IMG/VR virus record: IMGVR_UViG_2648501258_000001
Location: 1-64,000 of that record
Source of the DNA: a virus
Taxonomy: Duplodnaviria > Caudoviricetes
Strand: one strand, 5' to 3'
DNA length: 64,000 nucleotides
Shown piece after piece: positions 1-8,183 of this stretch (the first letter of the stretch is position 1; each line of letters begins with the position of its first letter). The notes below the pieces were generated by a model. It had not been told where the DNA came from. It worked only from the letters and a program-made list of their open reading frames with translations, and searched no databases. A program made the position numbers and the translations under genes.

Positions 1-381
1 AAAGCTGAAATCTACTTGCCGTGGGACGGATATGAAAAGCATACGCGGGACATGTGCTTTGGTTGTAATATCTTGCCTGACTTGGACAATCCGACGCTCT
101 ATAAGGATGCCCTGGTCATTGCAGAGCAGACACACCCTAATTGGGCTGCTTGTAAGCGTGGGGCTCGTTCCATGCACGCAAGGAACGTTTATCAGGTGCT
201 TGGGCAAGACTTGAAGACTCCTAGCAAGATGTTGATCGCTTGGACTCCGCTCACACGAGCTGGAGAACCCAAGGGCGGCACAGCTACGGCTATTCGTCTA
301 GCAGAGAGCTACAATATCCCTTGCTTCAATCTGAACAAACCTGTAGACTTTGCTCGTGTTCAACAATTCTTGGAGAAATAA
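1..381 (+). CDS. SLOG/DprA-like (Rossmann-fold) protein, 5'-truncated by the window
   Basis: YLPWxG, HPNW, ARNxxQVLG and GGTATAIxLA..IPxFNL motifs; frame is open from base 1. Confidence 0.7.
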   Translation, partial: KAEIYLPWDGYEKHTRDMCFGCNILPDLDNPTLYKDALVIAEQTHPNWAACKRGARSMHARNVYQVLGQDLKTPSKMLIAWTPLTRAGEPKGGTATAIRLAESYNIPCFNLNKPVDFARVQQFLEK

Positions 382-543
382 ATGATAAAGCTGATACGAT
401 TCTTGTTTACAGGCTCATGGCACGAGCATACCTGGAAAGTCATACAGTGTGGTACTTTAGGTACGAACGGGCGCGTATCAGGCTACCGTCATATTCTCCA
501 GTGCGAAGGCTGTGGCAATATCAAGCACAAGGACTCCATCTGA
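382..543 (+). CDS. small hypothetical protein (53 aa, CxxC)
   Basis: ATG after GGAG; abuts both neighbouring genes. Confidence 0.55.
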   Translation: MIKLIRFLFTGSWHEHTWKVIQCGTLGTNGRVSGYRHILQCEGCGNIKHKDSI

Positions 544-935
544 TGAGTATTTCCCGGAACGACTGGTTTGCAAGGGATTTTGTTAAGCTCCGTGATAAGT
601 GGATAACTACCCACGGGTATCAGGCCCTATGTGAAGACGCAGGACGAGCTGGCGTGGACGGCATCGAGTTTCCAGAGGTAGTGGAGCCTAAATATCGTTG
701 CACAAGGTGTCAGGCCCCTATGGTCGCCCGGTCTGGTCCTTTCGGGGAATTTCTAGCGTGCCCTAAAGCTACAAAGATTGACAGACACCCAACACAAAAG
801 ATGCCGAAGGACTATCACACCATAGCAACTCAGCGTATTGAGCGATTCCACCCAGACTACTATCAAGAACCGCTGAGCATCCGTATGCACCGTGAAAGTG
901 CAGTCATCCAAGATGAGACAGGGGAGTGGAGCTAA
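543..935 (+). CDS. protein with topoisomerase-type C4 zinc ribbon
   Basis: CTRCQAPMVARSGPFGEFLAC; start re-assigned to ATG 543. Confidence 0.65.
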   Translation: MSISRNDWFARDFVKLRDKWITTHGYQALCEDAGRAGVDGIEFPEVVEPKYRCTRCQAPMVARSGPFGEFLACPKATKIDRHPTQKMPKDYHTIATQRIERFHPDYYQEPLSIRMHRESAVIQDETGEWS

Positions 936-1117
936 TGGACATTGCAAAATGTAAAGGTACAGATTGTGCTAGACGGCAGTCGTGTATCCGGTTTACAATG
1001 CCTGAGCGTGCGAAGTACCAGAATTGGATTTTCATGCCGGTAGCTATTAAAGACACAGCAACGTGTAGATTCTATTGGGAGGTGGAGAGTGAGTTATGTA
1101 AAACCAGTGACACGTGA
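935..1117 (+). CDS. small Cys-rich hypothetical protein
   Basis: MDIAKCKGTDC..SCIRF pattern; RBS GGAG. Confidence 0.55.
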   Translation: MDIAKCKGTDCARRQSCIRFTMPERAKYQNWIFMPVAIKDTATCRFYWEVESELCKTSDT

Positions 1118-1295
1118 ACAAGTGCAAGCACTCCGAGACCAGACAGGCGAGGGGATGATGGCGTGCAGGCGTGATCTGCAACGTAAGGCCATGCTCGATG
1201 CTATCGAAGAGTGCAGATTTGAGGCTGGACCCGAGTACAATAGGGCTATGCATACCGTGCTAGACGTGTTACAATATCTTGTGGAACGCACTTAG
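1089..1295 (+). CDS. EF-Ts N-terminal (UBA-like) domain protein
   Basis: VTREQVQALRDQTGEGMMACRRDL resembles EF-Ts ITAxxVKELRERTGAGMMDCKKAL. Confidence 0.65.
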   Translation: MSYVKPVTREQVQALRDQTGEGMMACRRDLQRKAMLDAIEECRFEAGPEYNRAMHTVLDVLQYLVERT

Positions 1296-1319
1296 TGTTC
1301 CCTGATTAGGAGAAATAAA

Positions 1320-1646
1320 ATGGCTACAAGAGTTCTAGTGGCAATGTACGCTTGGGTTGTAAAATCTGTAGGCGGTTCCCAAGTAGATGACTGGTGGATT
1401 AACGTCTCCCAGGGCGGTCTAGTGGAGGCAGATGCTGTATTGGCTGCTCTCAACGTAGGAGCTACTCCGGGCAACAACCACGTTGTATCCCAGTACCACT
1501 GCTACTTCGAAGATGGCGGACATGCCCGTTACCGTATTCGCTATGATATCAACAACGCTTGGAATTGGTATGGTCCAATGCAGCCTGATAAGGCTCCTGT
1601 CCCACTTCTGCCAAAACCTGAGTGGGAAGTGCAGGAAGGGATTTAA
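1320..1646 (+). CDS. hypothetical protein
   Basis: ORF with AGGAG RBS. Confidence 0.65.
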   Translation: MATRVLVAMYAWVVKSVGGSQVDDWWINVSQGGLVEADAVLAALNVGATPGNNHVVSQYHCYFEDGGHARYRIRYDINNAWNWYGPMQPDKAPVPLLPKPEWEVQEGI

Positions 1647-2140
1647 TGCTCTCTCCCGAGGAACTACGTGAGCTAGATTCACGCCTCGGGGAGAACGCAG
1701 ATAAAATTATACGGAAGGTGACTCGATCACTCTATTCGTTTAAGGAATCTAAGGCGGGCCGCAAGCCCGCCTTTTTTCATAACTGCGTTTCGCCTGAGAT
1801 GACGGAAGTATTATACAGCGATGAAGATAAATGGCCGTTGTGGGTTGACGATATCGTATCTGGCGTGTCAAGATTGGACTGGTATGGCGAGAGGGAGAAA
1901 CAAGTACCTCTCGGTAAGAAGAAAATAGTCCAATGTTTTGCTTTACTTGAGCTGGTGAATGCTAGTACAATCTCTCACTTACTCAAGGTAGAGAAGAGAC
2001 AAGCAACTAGGTACTACAAGGCATGTGAGATATTGCACCAGAAATTGATTGACGGGTATTGTGATTATCGTATACACTCCTTGCATTATCCAGAAGTCTT
2101 CATCTACCCTCAAACAGATTTAAAGGAGGAAACACAATGA
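1646..2140 (+). CDS. hypothetical protein, possible C-terminal helix-turn-helix
   Basis: TAATG overlap with upstream gene; NASTISHLLKVEKRQATRY is HTH-like. Confidence 0.55.
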   Translation: MLSPEELRELDSRLGENADKIIRKVTRSLYSFKESKAGRKPAFFHNCVSPEMTEVLYSDEDKWPLWVDDIVSGVSRLDWYGEREKQVPLGKKKIVQCFALLELVNASTISHLLKVEKRQATRYYKACEILHQKLIDGYCDYRIHSLHYPEVFIYPQTDLKEETQ

Positions 2141-2331
2141 GTTTCACAGTAAAACTTGCAATTACTTTCTGGGTACTTGGACTGGGGATTCTATTCTTTT
2201 GTTCTGTTCTAGGACTAGTGGGGATCAGTGCTATGGCGTCCGTGGCGCCAGTAGGTATCGCAATTATGTTCGCTGGCGCTATACTGGGCACTGTTGCTCT
2301 TCTCATGGCGCTATGGAAAGAAACCCTGTAA
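2137..2331 (+). CDS. small two-TM membrane protein
   Basis: two hydrophobic segments; GGAGG RBS. Confidence 0.65.
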   Translation: MSFTVKLAITFWVLGLGILFFCSVLGLVGISAMASVAPVGIAIMFAGAILGTVALLMALWKETL

Positions 2332-2380
2332 CGCAATTTTTCTGGGCCAGTAGGCCCATAACATCCAAAGGAGAGTAATT

Positions 2381-2908
2381 ATGTTTAAAGTAGGCGATAA
2401 GGTAGTATTGATTGAGCAGTACGGTAATAATCAAGCCGGGGATGCGGGCGTTGTACTGGGAGTACGCCCGGCCTGGGGTTCGCCAGTGACTCAGATGGTT
2501 TCGGTAAAATTTGACGATGGGCGGCGGAATACCATGTTTAACACCCGGCTTGTACGTGTGAGCGAACCACTGTCCTTCCCAAAACCATCTTGGATGCCCC
2601 TTTCCTTTACACAAGGTCAGGGTCCAATGCGAGCTGTTGTCAACACTGTTGATCGAATCTTCCCTCGCCGGTCATATGACACCATCCTCAAGAGCCTCAT
2701 GGAAGAAGTGGGTGAGCTGGCAACTGAGATTGCAATCGAACAGGGCACCAAGGATCGCGTACCATCGGCAGACGGCATCAAAGGTGAAGCTGTAGACGTA
2801 TTTGTGGTTGCAATGGATATGCTGCGTCAAGCTTGGGGCGATGACCTGTTCAGTGCTGAATTCGATGCCAAAGTGGCTGAAAAGCTGGCTAAATGGGAGG
2901 GCAAGTAA
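2381..2908 (+). CDS. SH3/KOW-like N-domain fused to MazG-like NTP pyrophosphohydrolase
   Basis: FKVGDKV...VKFDDG N-terminus; LMEEVGELA...EAVDV MazG motif. Confidence 0.7.
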   Translation: MFKVGDKVVLIEQYGNNQAGDAGVVLGVRPAWGSPVTQMVSVKFDDGRRNTMFNTRLVRVSEPLSFPKPSWMPLSFTQGQGPMRAVVNTVDRIFPRRSYDTILKSLMEEVGELATEIAIEQGTKDRVPSADGIKGEAVDVFVVAMDMLRQAWGDDLFSAEFDAKVAEKLAKWEGK

Positions 2909-3330
2909 TGACTGAGACATTCTACCGCGTGGTTCTGATCCTTCTGTTCGGTGCTATGCTCTTCTGGGGCGGGAGCCTTCGCAACGATGTTGACAAGTAT
3001 GTTGTAAGCAATCCACGCCCCATGTTGATGGTTGACGCCTACGAATACTACAACGAGTCTGGCAAGCCCGGTTGGGCGGGTGTGTTCCGTGATAAGGAGT
3101 TCAACACTCGAATTGAGAATTCAATCGAGCCTCGTACATACCGAGAGTTTATAGCCACCAATAAGCCAATGGATATGGTGGTGTACAAGAGCCTGGAGCA
3201 AGTGAAAGACCCTAAGACACCAAGTGGTGCAATCTTCTGGTCTAGCGTGCTGATGATCCTTGGTAGTATTGGCGTGCTGTGGAACGTAGTCGCAGTTGTC
3301 TTCTTTCGTGATCCTTGGAGGTTTTCCTAA
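2908..3330 (+). CDS. membrane protein (N- and C-terminal TM helices)
   Basis: hydrophobic termini; TAATG overlap. Confidence 0.65.
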   Translation: MTETFYRVVLILLFGAMLFWGGSLRNDVDKYVVSNPRPMLMVDAYEYYNESGKPGWAGVFRDKEFNTRIENSIEPRTYREFIATNKPMDMVVYKSLEQVKDPKTPSGAIFWSSVLMILGSIGVLWNVVAVVFFRDPWRFS

Positions 3331-3797
3331 TGTCCTATCTTAATAAAGACGCACCACTGACGTTTTGGGAAGGCTTTATAGCACTCTGGATGGCTATCAG
3401 CTTTGTAGCTATACTTGGCCTTATTCCTGCACTAGGGATGGCCTTCAAGGACAACCCAAACAGTGTGAAACACTCCGTGGATGCTACGTTGATCGAAGCT
3501 CACGCATTCTCGAAGAGTACAGGCAAGTATTCCAGTGAGATGGCATGGCAAGGGCGATTTCAGTTGCCAGATGGTCGCACAATTGATCAACAGATTGACG
3601 GATTCTTCTACAAGAACTTCATCAATGGCGGGGAGAAGCCAATCAAGAGTTGGGTATCTGTGAGCGGTCAGCAATTGGGCAAACCAGACCCTGCTTGGGT
3701 ATGCTGGATGTTGAAATGCTTGATAACTGGTCTCTTCGGGATGATTTCCCTTCTGATTTCCCTTCTGTTTAGCCTAATGCTCCCAGAACGGCGATAA
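3330..3797 (+). CDS. membrane protein, same topology as the preceding gene
   Basis: hydrophobic termini; TAATG overlap. Confidence 0.65.
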   Translation: MSYLNKDAPLTFWEGFIALWMAISFVAILGLIPALGMAFKDNPNSVKHSVDATLIEAHAFSKSTGKYSSEMAWQGRFQLPDGRTIDQQIDGFFYKNFINGGEKPIKSWVSVSGQQLGKPDPAWVCWMLKCLITGLFGMISLLISLLFSLMLPERR

Positions 3798-3826
3798 TTG
3801 CACATGTGAAAGTGCTGTGGTAGAAT
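3798..3826 (+). promoter_or_regulatory. sigma70-type promoter
   Basis: TTGCAC-17-TAGAAT with extended -10 TG. Confidence 0.55.
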
Positions 3827-3875
3827 AATCTAAGGGGAGCATATCGCTCCCCTTTTTCAATGGAGAAAATATATA

Positions 3876-4223
3876 ATGGCAATTCCTGAAAACAACTGTG
3901 ACACTATTGGACAATGCTTCCCTAGTCCTGACATGGGTCGGTACGGCCAAGTGATCAACCTATATGTAGAGGCCGAGAGCCTGTCTATTGCGGAGCGAGT
4001 GGCATACGCCTCCCTTGTACTACAGCTCCCACCACCAGAGCAGCACGGTGTACGCACACGTGTGTGGAAATTCTGGTATCCAGATGCTCCGTATCCGGGG
4101 TTGACAGTGGGTATGCGGGATGTTACAGTGTCGGCATCAAACGAGATACTCATCCCTTACGATGACTTCGTAATGGCTAACGTCCCTTGGGATAAATTGG
4201 GAGGAACAGATGACTGCTGTTAA
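3876..4223 (+). CDS. hypothetical protein
   Basis: ORF with GGAG RBS. Confidence 0.6.
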   Translation: MAIPENNCDTIGQCFPSPDMGRYGQVINLYVEAESLSIAERVAYASLVLQLPPPEQHGVRTRVWKFWYPDAPYPGLTVGMRDVTVSASNEILIPYDDFVMANVPWDKLGGTDDCC

Positions 4224-4500
4224 AACATGTGTGACATGTGCGTTTAAAAGTGGTACACAATGTACTCGCCAGTGGATGGACAAACCTGGGGAGCAGGTGG
4301 ATAGAGTGACAGGACATATCACCCGCCAGTCAGGTCAGTTCTACTCTTGCGATACACAAAGACGATACACTATCAATTCTTGTGGTCCTCGGGGAGTCTG
4401 GTGGACTAATAAAGAGGCATACAAACCAAAGAAGGAGAGTAAGAATGGAAACAACATCTTCAAACGCATCGCACTCTCCGTCCTCGGCCTCTTTGACTGA
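4210..4500 (+). CDS. Cys-rich hypothetical protein
   Basis: CxxC..C and CGPxGxWW; GGAGG RBS. Confidence 0.6.
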   Translation: MTAVKTCVTCAFKSGTQCTRQWMDKPGEQVDRVTGHITRQSGQFYSCDTQRRYTINSCGPRGVWWTNKEAYKPKKESKNGNNIFKRIALSVLGLFD

Positions 4501-4684
4501 TATGTGCCCTGAGTGTTATGCTTCTCAGAAGGATATCGTATATTGGAAAACTCTTCCAATTAACCCTGAGCTTGCAGCACTCAGAGATGCATACATCTCA
4601 CCACCAAAGAAGTGTTATCCGTCTCTAATCGCAGCCCTGGCTGCATGGAATATCACTGTAACAGAAGAAGGAGAGTGGCTATGA
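4445..4684 (+). CDS. hypothetical protein
   Basis: ATG after AGGAG; ATGA overlap with next gene. Confidence 0.45.
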   Translation: METTSSNASHSPSSASLTDMCPECYASQKDIVYWKTLPINPELAALRDAYISPPKKCYPSLIAALAAWNITVTEEGEWL

Positions 4685-5097
4685 GTATTTGGAACTGGTT
4701 TAAAGATTCGAAGACTAAACCAAAGACTAAACCGAAGGAGCGCACTGTTGCAGACAGGGAAGCAGATATGATAGGAGAGCCTGTCAAGACATTCCTCCAG
4801 TCTTTGAAAGACAACCCCAAGCGTTATCAGTTGCAGCGTGTGCAAAAACTGTCAAGTAAGAAGTACCCAGGTTTCACAGGCTACCATTGGATGAAAGGCG
4901 CTGGGTACTGGGAGCTTACAGATAAGAAGACTGGCACCACCTTCGGAGCTTATGTCCACGAAGAGGGTGGGTACTCTAATCCAATGAGATGCACCAAACA
5001 TCTCTATCTCTACGAGGGAGAAGAGGAAGCCATATATGAATATTACAAGGGTGTTATTAGAGCAGCCTTTGCTGCACGTGGAGGGGCTATATGCTAA
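4681..5097 (+). CDS. hypothetical protein
   Basis: ATG 4681 after AGGAG. Confidence 0.6.
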   Translation: MSIWNWFKDSKTKPKTKPKERTVADREADMIGEPVKTFLQSLKDNPKRYQLQRVQKLSSKKYPGFTGYHWMKGAGYWELTDKKTGTTFGAYVHEEGGYSNPMRCTKHLYLYEGEEEAIYEYYKGVIRAAFAARGGAIC

Positions 5098-5264
5098 CTA
5101 CAAATTCAACAGATGAGGAAATCATCAACTATTGCACAGAACGCTTCAATCTCATCCGAGAGACTATTGTCGTAGAGCGGGACGACGATTGGGGTTTCTA
5201 CATCACAGGGCGCTCGGTTGGTAGCATAGAATACCTAACTGTAACTTCTTCCACTGTAAGATGA
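5091..5264 (+). CDS. small hypothetical protein (57 aa)
   Basis: GGAGG RBS; ATGA overlap with next gene. Confidence 0.5.
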   Translation: MLTTNSTDEEIINYCTERFNLIRETIVVERDDDWGFYITGRSVGSIEYLTVTSSTVR

Positions 5265-5446
5265 GCAAATACAAAGAACTACAAGCTCAACAAAAAGCTC
5301 TGGCAGCACGCCTAAAGGGTGCTATCCTCTATCAGCACAAATATCGTGGAATGGTGTACCAGCTTGTGGACGGGACATTCTTATCTCAGGCAGAGTACAA
5401 GGTGCTTCGTCGCCAGTGCATGTTCTATATGTTGTTTGCAATATAA
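5261..5446 (+). CDS. small hypothetical protein
   Basis: last ORF before the terminator. Confidence 0.5.
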   Translation: MSKYKELQAQQKALAARLKGAILYQHKYRGMVYQLVDGTFLSQAEYKVLRRQCMFYMLFAI

Positions 5447-5464
5447 TCCCCCGCCGAAATTTCA

Positions 5465-5494
5465 AATAGCCTCCTTCATTGGAGGCTTTCTTTT
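5465..5494 (+). terminator. intrinsic terminator ending the + strand block
   Basis: AGCCTCC-TTCATT-GGAGGCT followed by TTCTTTT. Confidence 0.8.
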
Positions 5495-5611
5495 GCCCGC
5501 TGAAAAATAATGGGGGGGCCTCCCTCTGATTCCCAAACTGGATATTTTTCCGAGGTACTTAACAGAACACAAGGGGGCCTATGGCTGGCCGCCGTAAATT
5601 ATAAATAACCT

Positions 5612-5627
5612 TGGCATGGAACATGCA
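5612..5627 (+). promoter_or_regulatory. sigma54 (-24/-12) motif
   Basis: TGGCATGGAACATGCA = GG-N10-GC. Confidence 0.55.
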
Positions 5628-5640
5628 TAATTAATACCTA

Positions 5641-5656
5641 TGTTCCACGTGGAACG
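5641..5656. promoter_or_regulatory. parS-like palindrome (host ParB site)
   Basis: TGTTCCACGTGGAACG, 15/16 match to TGTTCCACGTGGAACA. Confidence 0.75.
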
Positions 5657-5873
5657 CACACCCCGCCCCGACAACCCTTTGAGCCAATGAATACAGGGGA
5701 AAACAGTATACAAGTTTCGGTATATACAACTACTTGTATTTGTGTCGCATAATATAAAGAGGATCGACCGACTAGGGGATTCTCGCACCGTTGGATAGTT
5801 ATTACACTGTGGGCATAGCTAACCCTGTGAGCGTAGGACAATGACAGAAAGAATATTATTCAATGCCCTGCAT

Positions 5874-5909
5874 TGGTATGCTATGTGCATATGTGCAAGG
5901 ATAGTGCCA
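5874..5909. promoter_or_regulatory. head-to-head pair of sigma54 motifs
   Basis: + TGGTATGCTATGTGCA (5874-5889) and - TGGCACTATCCTTGCA (5909-5894, perfect consensus). Confidence 0.7.
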
Positions 5910-6371
5910 TACGATAGCGAGTGTATATATGCATGTACCATTGGGTAGGGTAGTGGGTGATAGGGGTGGACTATGTAGGGCTTCGCCCTGATAGAAAAGC
6001 TTTTCTTGACATTTGAGTGTAAAATGTGATCGCTTCGCTTAAACATCAGGGTCTGCTAGTAGAAAGAAACCGCCATAGCACGTTTTGAGGGGTTATTATT
6101 GATAGGCCAGCCTATCGGTGGGATTAACTCTAGGCCAGGGCCTACGGGGCTTACAGGGCCTTACAAGGGTATTATCTTGACCTTCGGTCACATAGTGCTA
6201 ACCCATACCTTCGGTATGTTTTCAAACCTTTTGAGAAAGTTTAACTATATATTATTTTATATGTAAAACCATATTGGAAGGTATTACGCTCTAGCCTTCG
6301 GCTAACGGTGCAAAGCTCTATTGTGCATAGTTCCTATGCTAGAAAACTAGCAGACGTTCCGTCTAGGCATG

Positions 6372-6393
6372 AAAAAGCCCGCTCAAGGCGGGC
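6372..6393 (-). terminator. intrinsic terminator ending the early (- strand) island
   Basis: GCCCGC-CTTGA-GCGGGC followed by TTTTT on the - strand. Confidence 0.85.
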
Positions 6394-6395
6394 AT

Positions 6396-6411
6396 TGTTT
6401 CACGTGCAATA
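6396..6411. promoter_or_regulatory. second, degenerate parS-like site
   Basis: TGTTTCACGTGCAATA, 14/16 match to TGTTTCACGTGAAACA. Confidence 0.5.
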
Positions 6412-6413
6412 TG

Positions 6414-6668
6414 CTACGGTATATCGTCGTTTTCGATAGTCTGGCCTTCGATATCAATCGAAACAATCTCAAAAACCGTTTCACCGATTTGATATTTATC
6501 GAGCCAATTGGTCAAGCCTTTTTCATCCTGCCATACGGCTTGATATTGGGCATTGTGTTGGCTTGTATTCACCATGCCGTCAAGCTTGTCTGTAGCTGTA
6601 TCAATGACGTAATCGTTACAAGCTGACATTGTGCAAACTACAGCTACAGTTGCAAATAGAACGCCCAT
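6414..6668 (-). CDS. early hypothetical protein (YebW/DUF1482-like N-terminus)
   Basis: LFATVAVVC....C.DYVID pattern. Confidence 0.55.
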   Translation of the reverse strand: MGVLFATVAVVCTMSACNDYVIDTATDKLDGMVNTSQHNAQYQAVWQDEKGLTNWLDKYQIGETVFEIVSIDIEGQTIENDDIP

Positions 6669-6753
6669 GGTTAGACCCCTTTGCTAAGGTTAATGAGACC
6701 AATCAGGATGCAAGCCCCAAGAGCTATCATCACCATATCGAGAATCAAATCCA

Positions 6754-6972
6754 TTATGCTTTACCCTGTTTATTGTTCAATTGTTTGACGGCGTCGTCAA
6801 TTTCAACTTGAGTGTCGCCAGTGCGAATGATTTTCATCTTGCAGGCTTTACCATAACCTTCTTGCAAGTCATCCTTTTCATCCTCAACAACTTCCCTATC
6901 GTAGTCGCCAAAGTGGATGCACCACTCGGTATCATCTTTGATCAGGAGGGTAAAGTAGGATTTGGTTTTCAT
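6754..6972 (-). CDS. early acidic hypothetical protein
   Basis: W.IHFGDYDREVV..E; directly behind a promoter. Confidence 0.7.
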   Translation of the reverse strand: MKTKSYFTLLIKDDTEWCIHFGDYDREVVEDEKDDLQEGYGKACKMKIIRTGDTQVEIDDAVKQLNNKQGKA

Positions 6973-7002
6973 TGTCCGGGCCTTTCTAGTTGGTGTGGGA
7001 GC

Positions 7003-7031
7003 ATTCTACCTAGAGAATGCCCCTTGTGCAA
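7003..7031 (-). promoter_or_regulatory. sigma70 early promoter
   Basis: TTGCAC-17-TAGAAT. Confidence 0.65.
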
Positions 7032-7034
7032 GCC

Positions 7035-7394
7035 TTATTTGTAGTTAGTGTTTGGCTTTTCTACCCGTACACTGCCGTTTTCAAGGTAGGCCACCACACG
7101 CAAGCTATGCTTTTTGAAATTCTTTACATAGTACATTACTGCGTCTGCCGCTGTTTCTACTTTGCTGCTACCTTCTTTAACTGGGATTTCTTTACCGTTT
7201 TCTTCGTCAATTACGTGACCTTCGACACTGTACCACTCAACTGGGGATGTTTCGCATTCTGCTTTGTACTCTTTATGGGCACTACGCAAGGCAATGGCAA
7301 ACAACACTTTGTAAGGCGCTGGCTTGATGCCATTTGCGGCGATACGAGCCATTTTAGCTTTAGTTGCTTTGTGTGCTTGGGCCATTACGTTCAT
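7035..7394 (-). CDS. early hypothetical protein
   Basis: ORF behind promoter; AAAGGT RBS. Confidence 0.7.
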   Translation of the reverse strand: MNVMAQAHKATKAKMARIAANGIKPAPYKVLFAIALRSAHKEYKAECETSPVEWYSVEGHVIDEENGKEIPVKEGSSKVETAADAVMYYVKNFKKHSLRVVAYLENGSVRVEKPNTNYK

Positions 7395-7447
7395 TGCTAG
7401 CTACCTTTAGCTGTTTGGGTTGGCTTGATTGCCTTCCCTTGACGCCC

Positions 7448-7475
7448 ATTCTACGCTTTTGAGGATAGGCGTCAA
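7448..7475 (-). promoter_or_regulatory. sigma70 early promoter
   Basis: TTGACG-16-TAGAAT with A-rich UP element. Confidence 0.8.
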
Positions 7476-7484
7476 GCTTTTATT

Positions 7485-7754
7485 TTAAGTATTTTTGAGC
7501 CACTTAACAATTTCTTTTACCTTTGGACCGTGGGCCTCAGTCCAACTGTACTCTAGCTGACTACCATCTGCATAACCATATTGTGATTTAACTGCACGAC
7601 CTTTATCATTACGCTTTTCATTGAAAAGGCTCCCACCTTGAAAGCGTACAATACTACCATCGTGGCGATTTGCTTGACCTGCATACAGGCTGTATGCAGC
7701 GAATGTTTCAGCGGTAAGGGTTGCGACTACTTTAGCAGCGATGGTATTAGTCAT
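7485..7754 (-). CDS. early hypothetical protein
   Basis: ORF following a long structured leader. Confidence 0.7.
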   Translation of the reverse strand: MTNTIAAKVVATLTAETFAAYSLYAGQANRHDGSIVRFQGGSLFNEKRNDKGRAVKSQYGYADGSQLEYSWTEAHGPKVKEIVKWLKNT

Positions 7755-7782
7755 GGTTGTGGCCTTATGTGTGGATTGGTTT

Positions 7783-7898
7783 GGTAGGCGCTGTATCCGC
7801 TTTTATGCCTACCTTCGCGGAATCCTTTGACGGGGATTAGTTCGAATGCTTCTGCATCCCTATCAAGGCTTTTTAAGAGCTAACCTTGCTTCCTCTTG
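7783..7898 (-). ncRNA. structured 5' leader or small RNA ending in an H-type pseudoknot
   Basis: UCCGC/GCGGA and GGUAGGC/GCCUACC interleaved, plus upstream hairpins. Confidence 0.45.
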
Positions 7899-7904
7899 AG
7901 ACCA

Positions 7905-7942
7905 ATTGTACGCCAATGGTTATGGCCGTCAACAACTATTTT
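7905..7942 (-). promoter_or_regulatory. sigma70 early promoter with AAAATAGTTG UP element
   Basis: TTGACG-16-TACAAT. Confidence 0.8.
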
Positions 7943-8183
7943 CGTATAGCGTATCGGATTATTAAAACCCAAAAGCATAAGGCCATAATACCTAAAACCG
8001 GATGATCAATTCCAAACATCACATAGTCTCACATTTTTCAAGGTTGTGTCAATACTTATTTGTATGGCCCTGTAAGCCCCTGTAGTGCGTTTTAAGAGGC
8101 TTTAGCCTCAAGGCATACATGGGCCTAGGGTGGGGCTGGCAAACGTCGTGCTTGATTTGTCAACCCCTATCCACACATTATTC

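Larger units (their letters stand above)
6146..8080. repeat. 15-bp perfect inverted repeat about 1.9 kb apart
   Basis: GGGGCTTACAGGGCC at 6146-6160 and GGCCCTGTAAGCCCC at 8066-8080, both intergenic. Confidence 0.7.
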
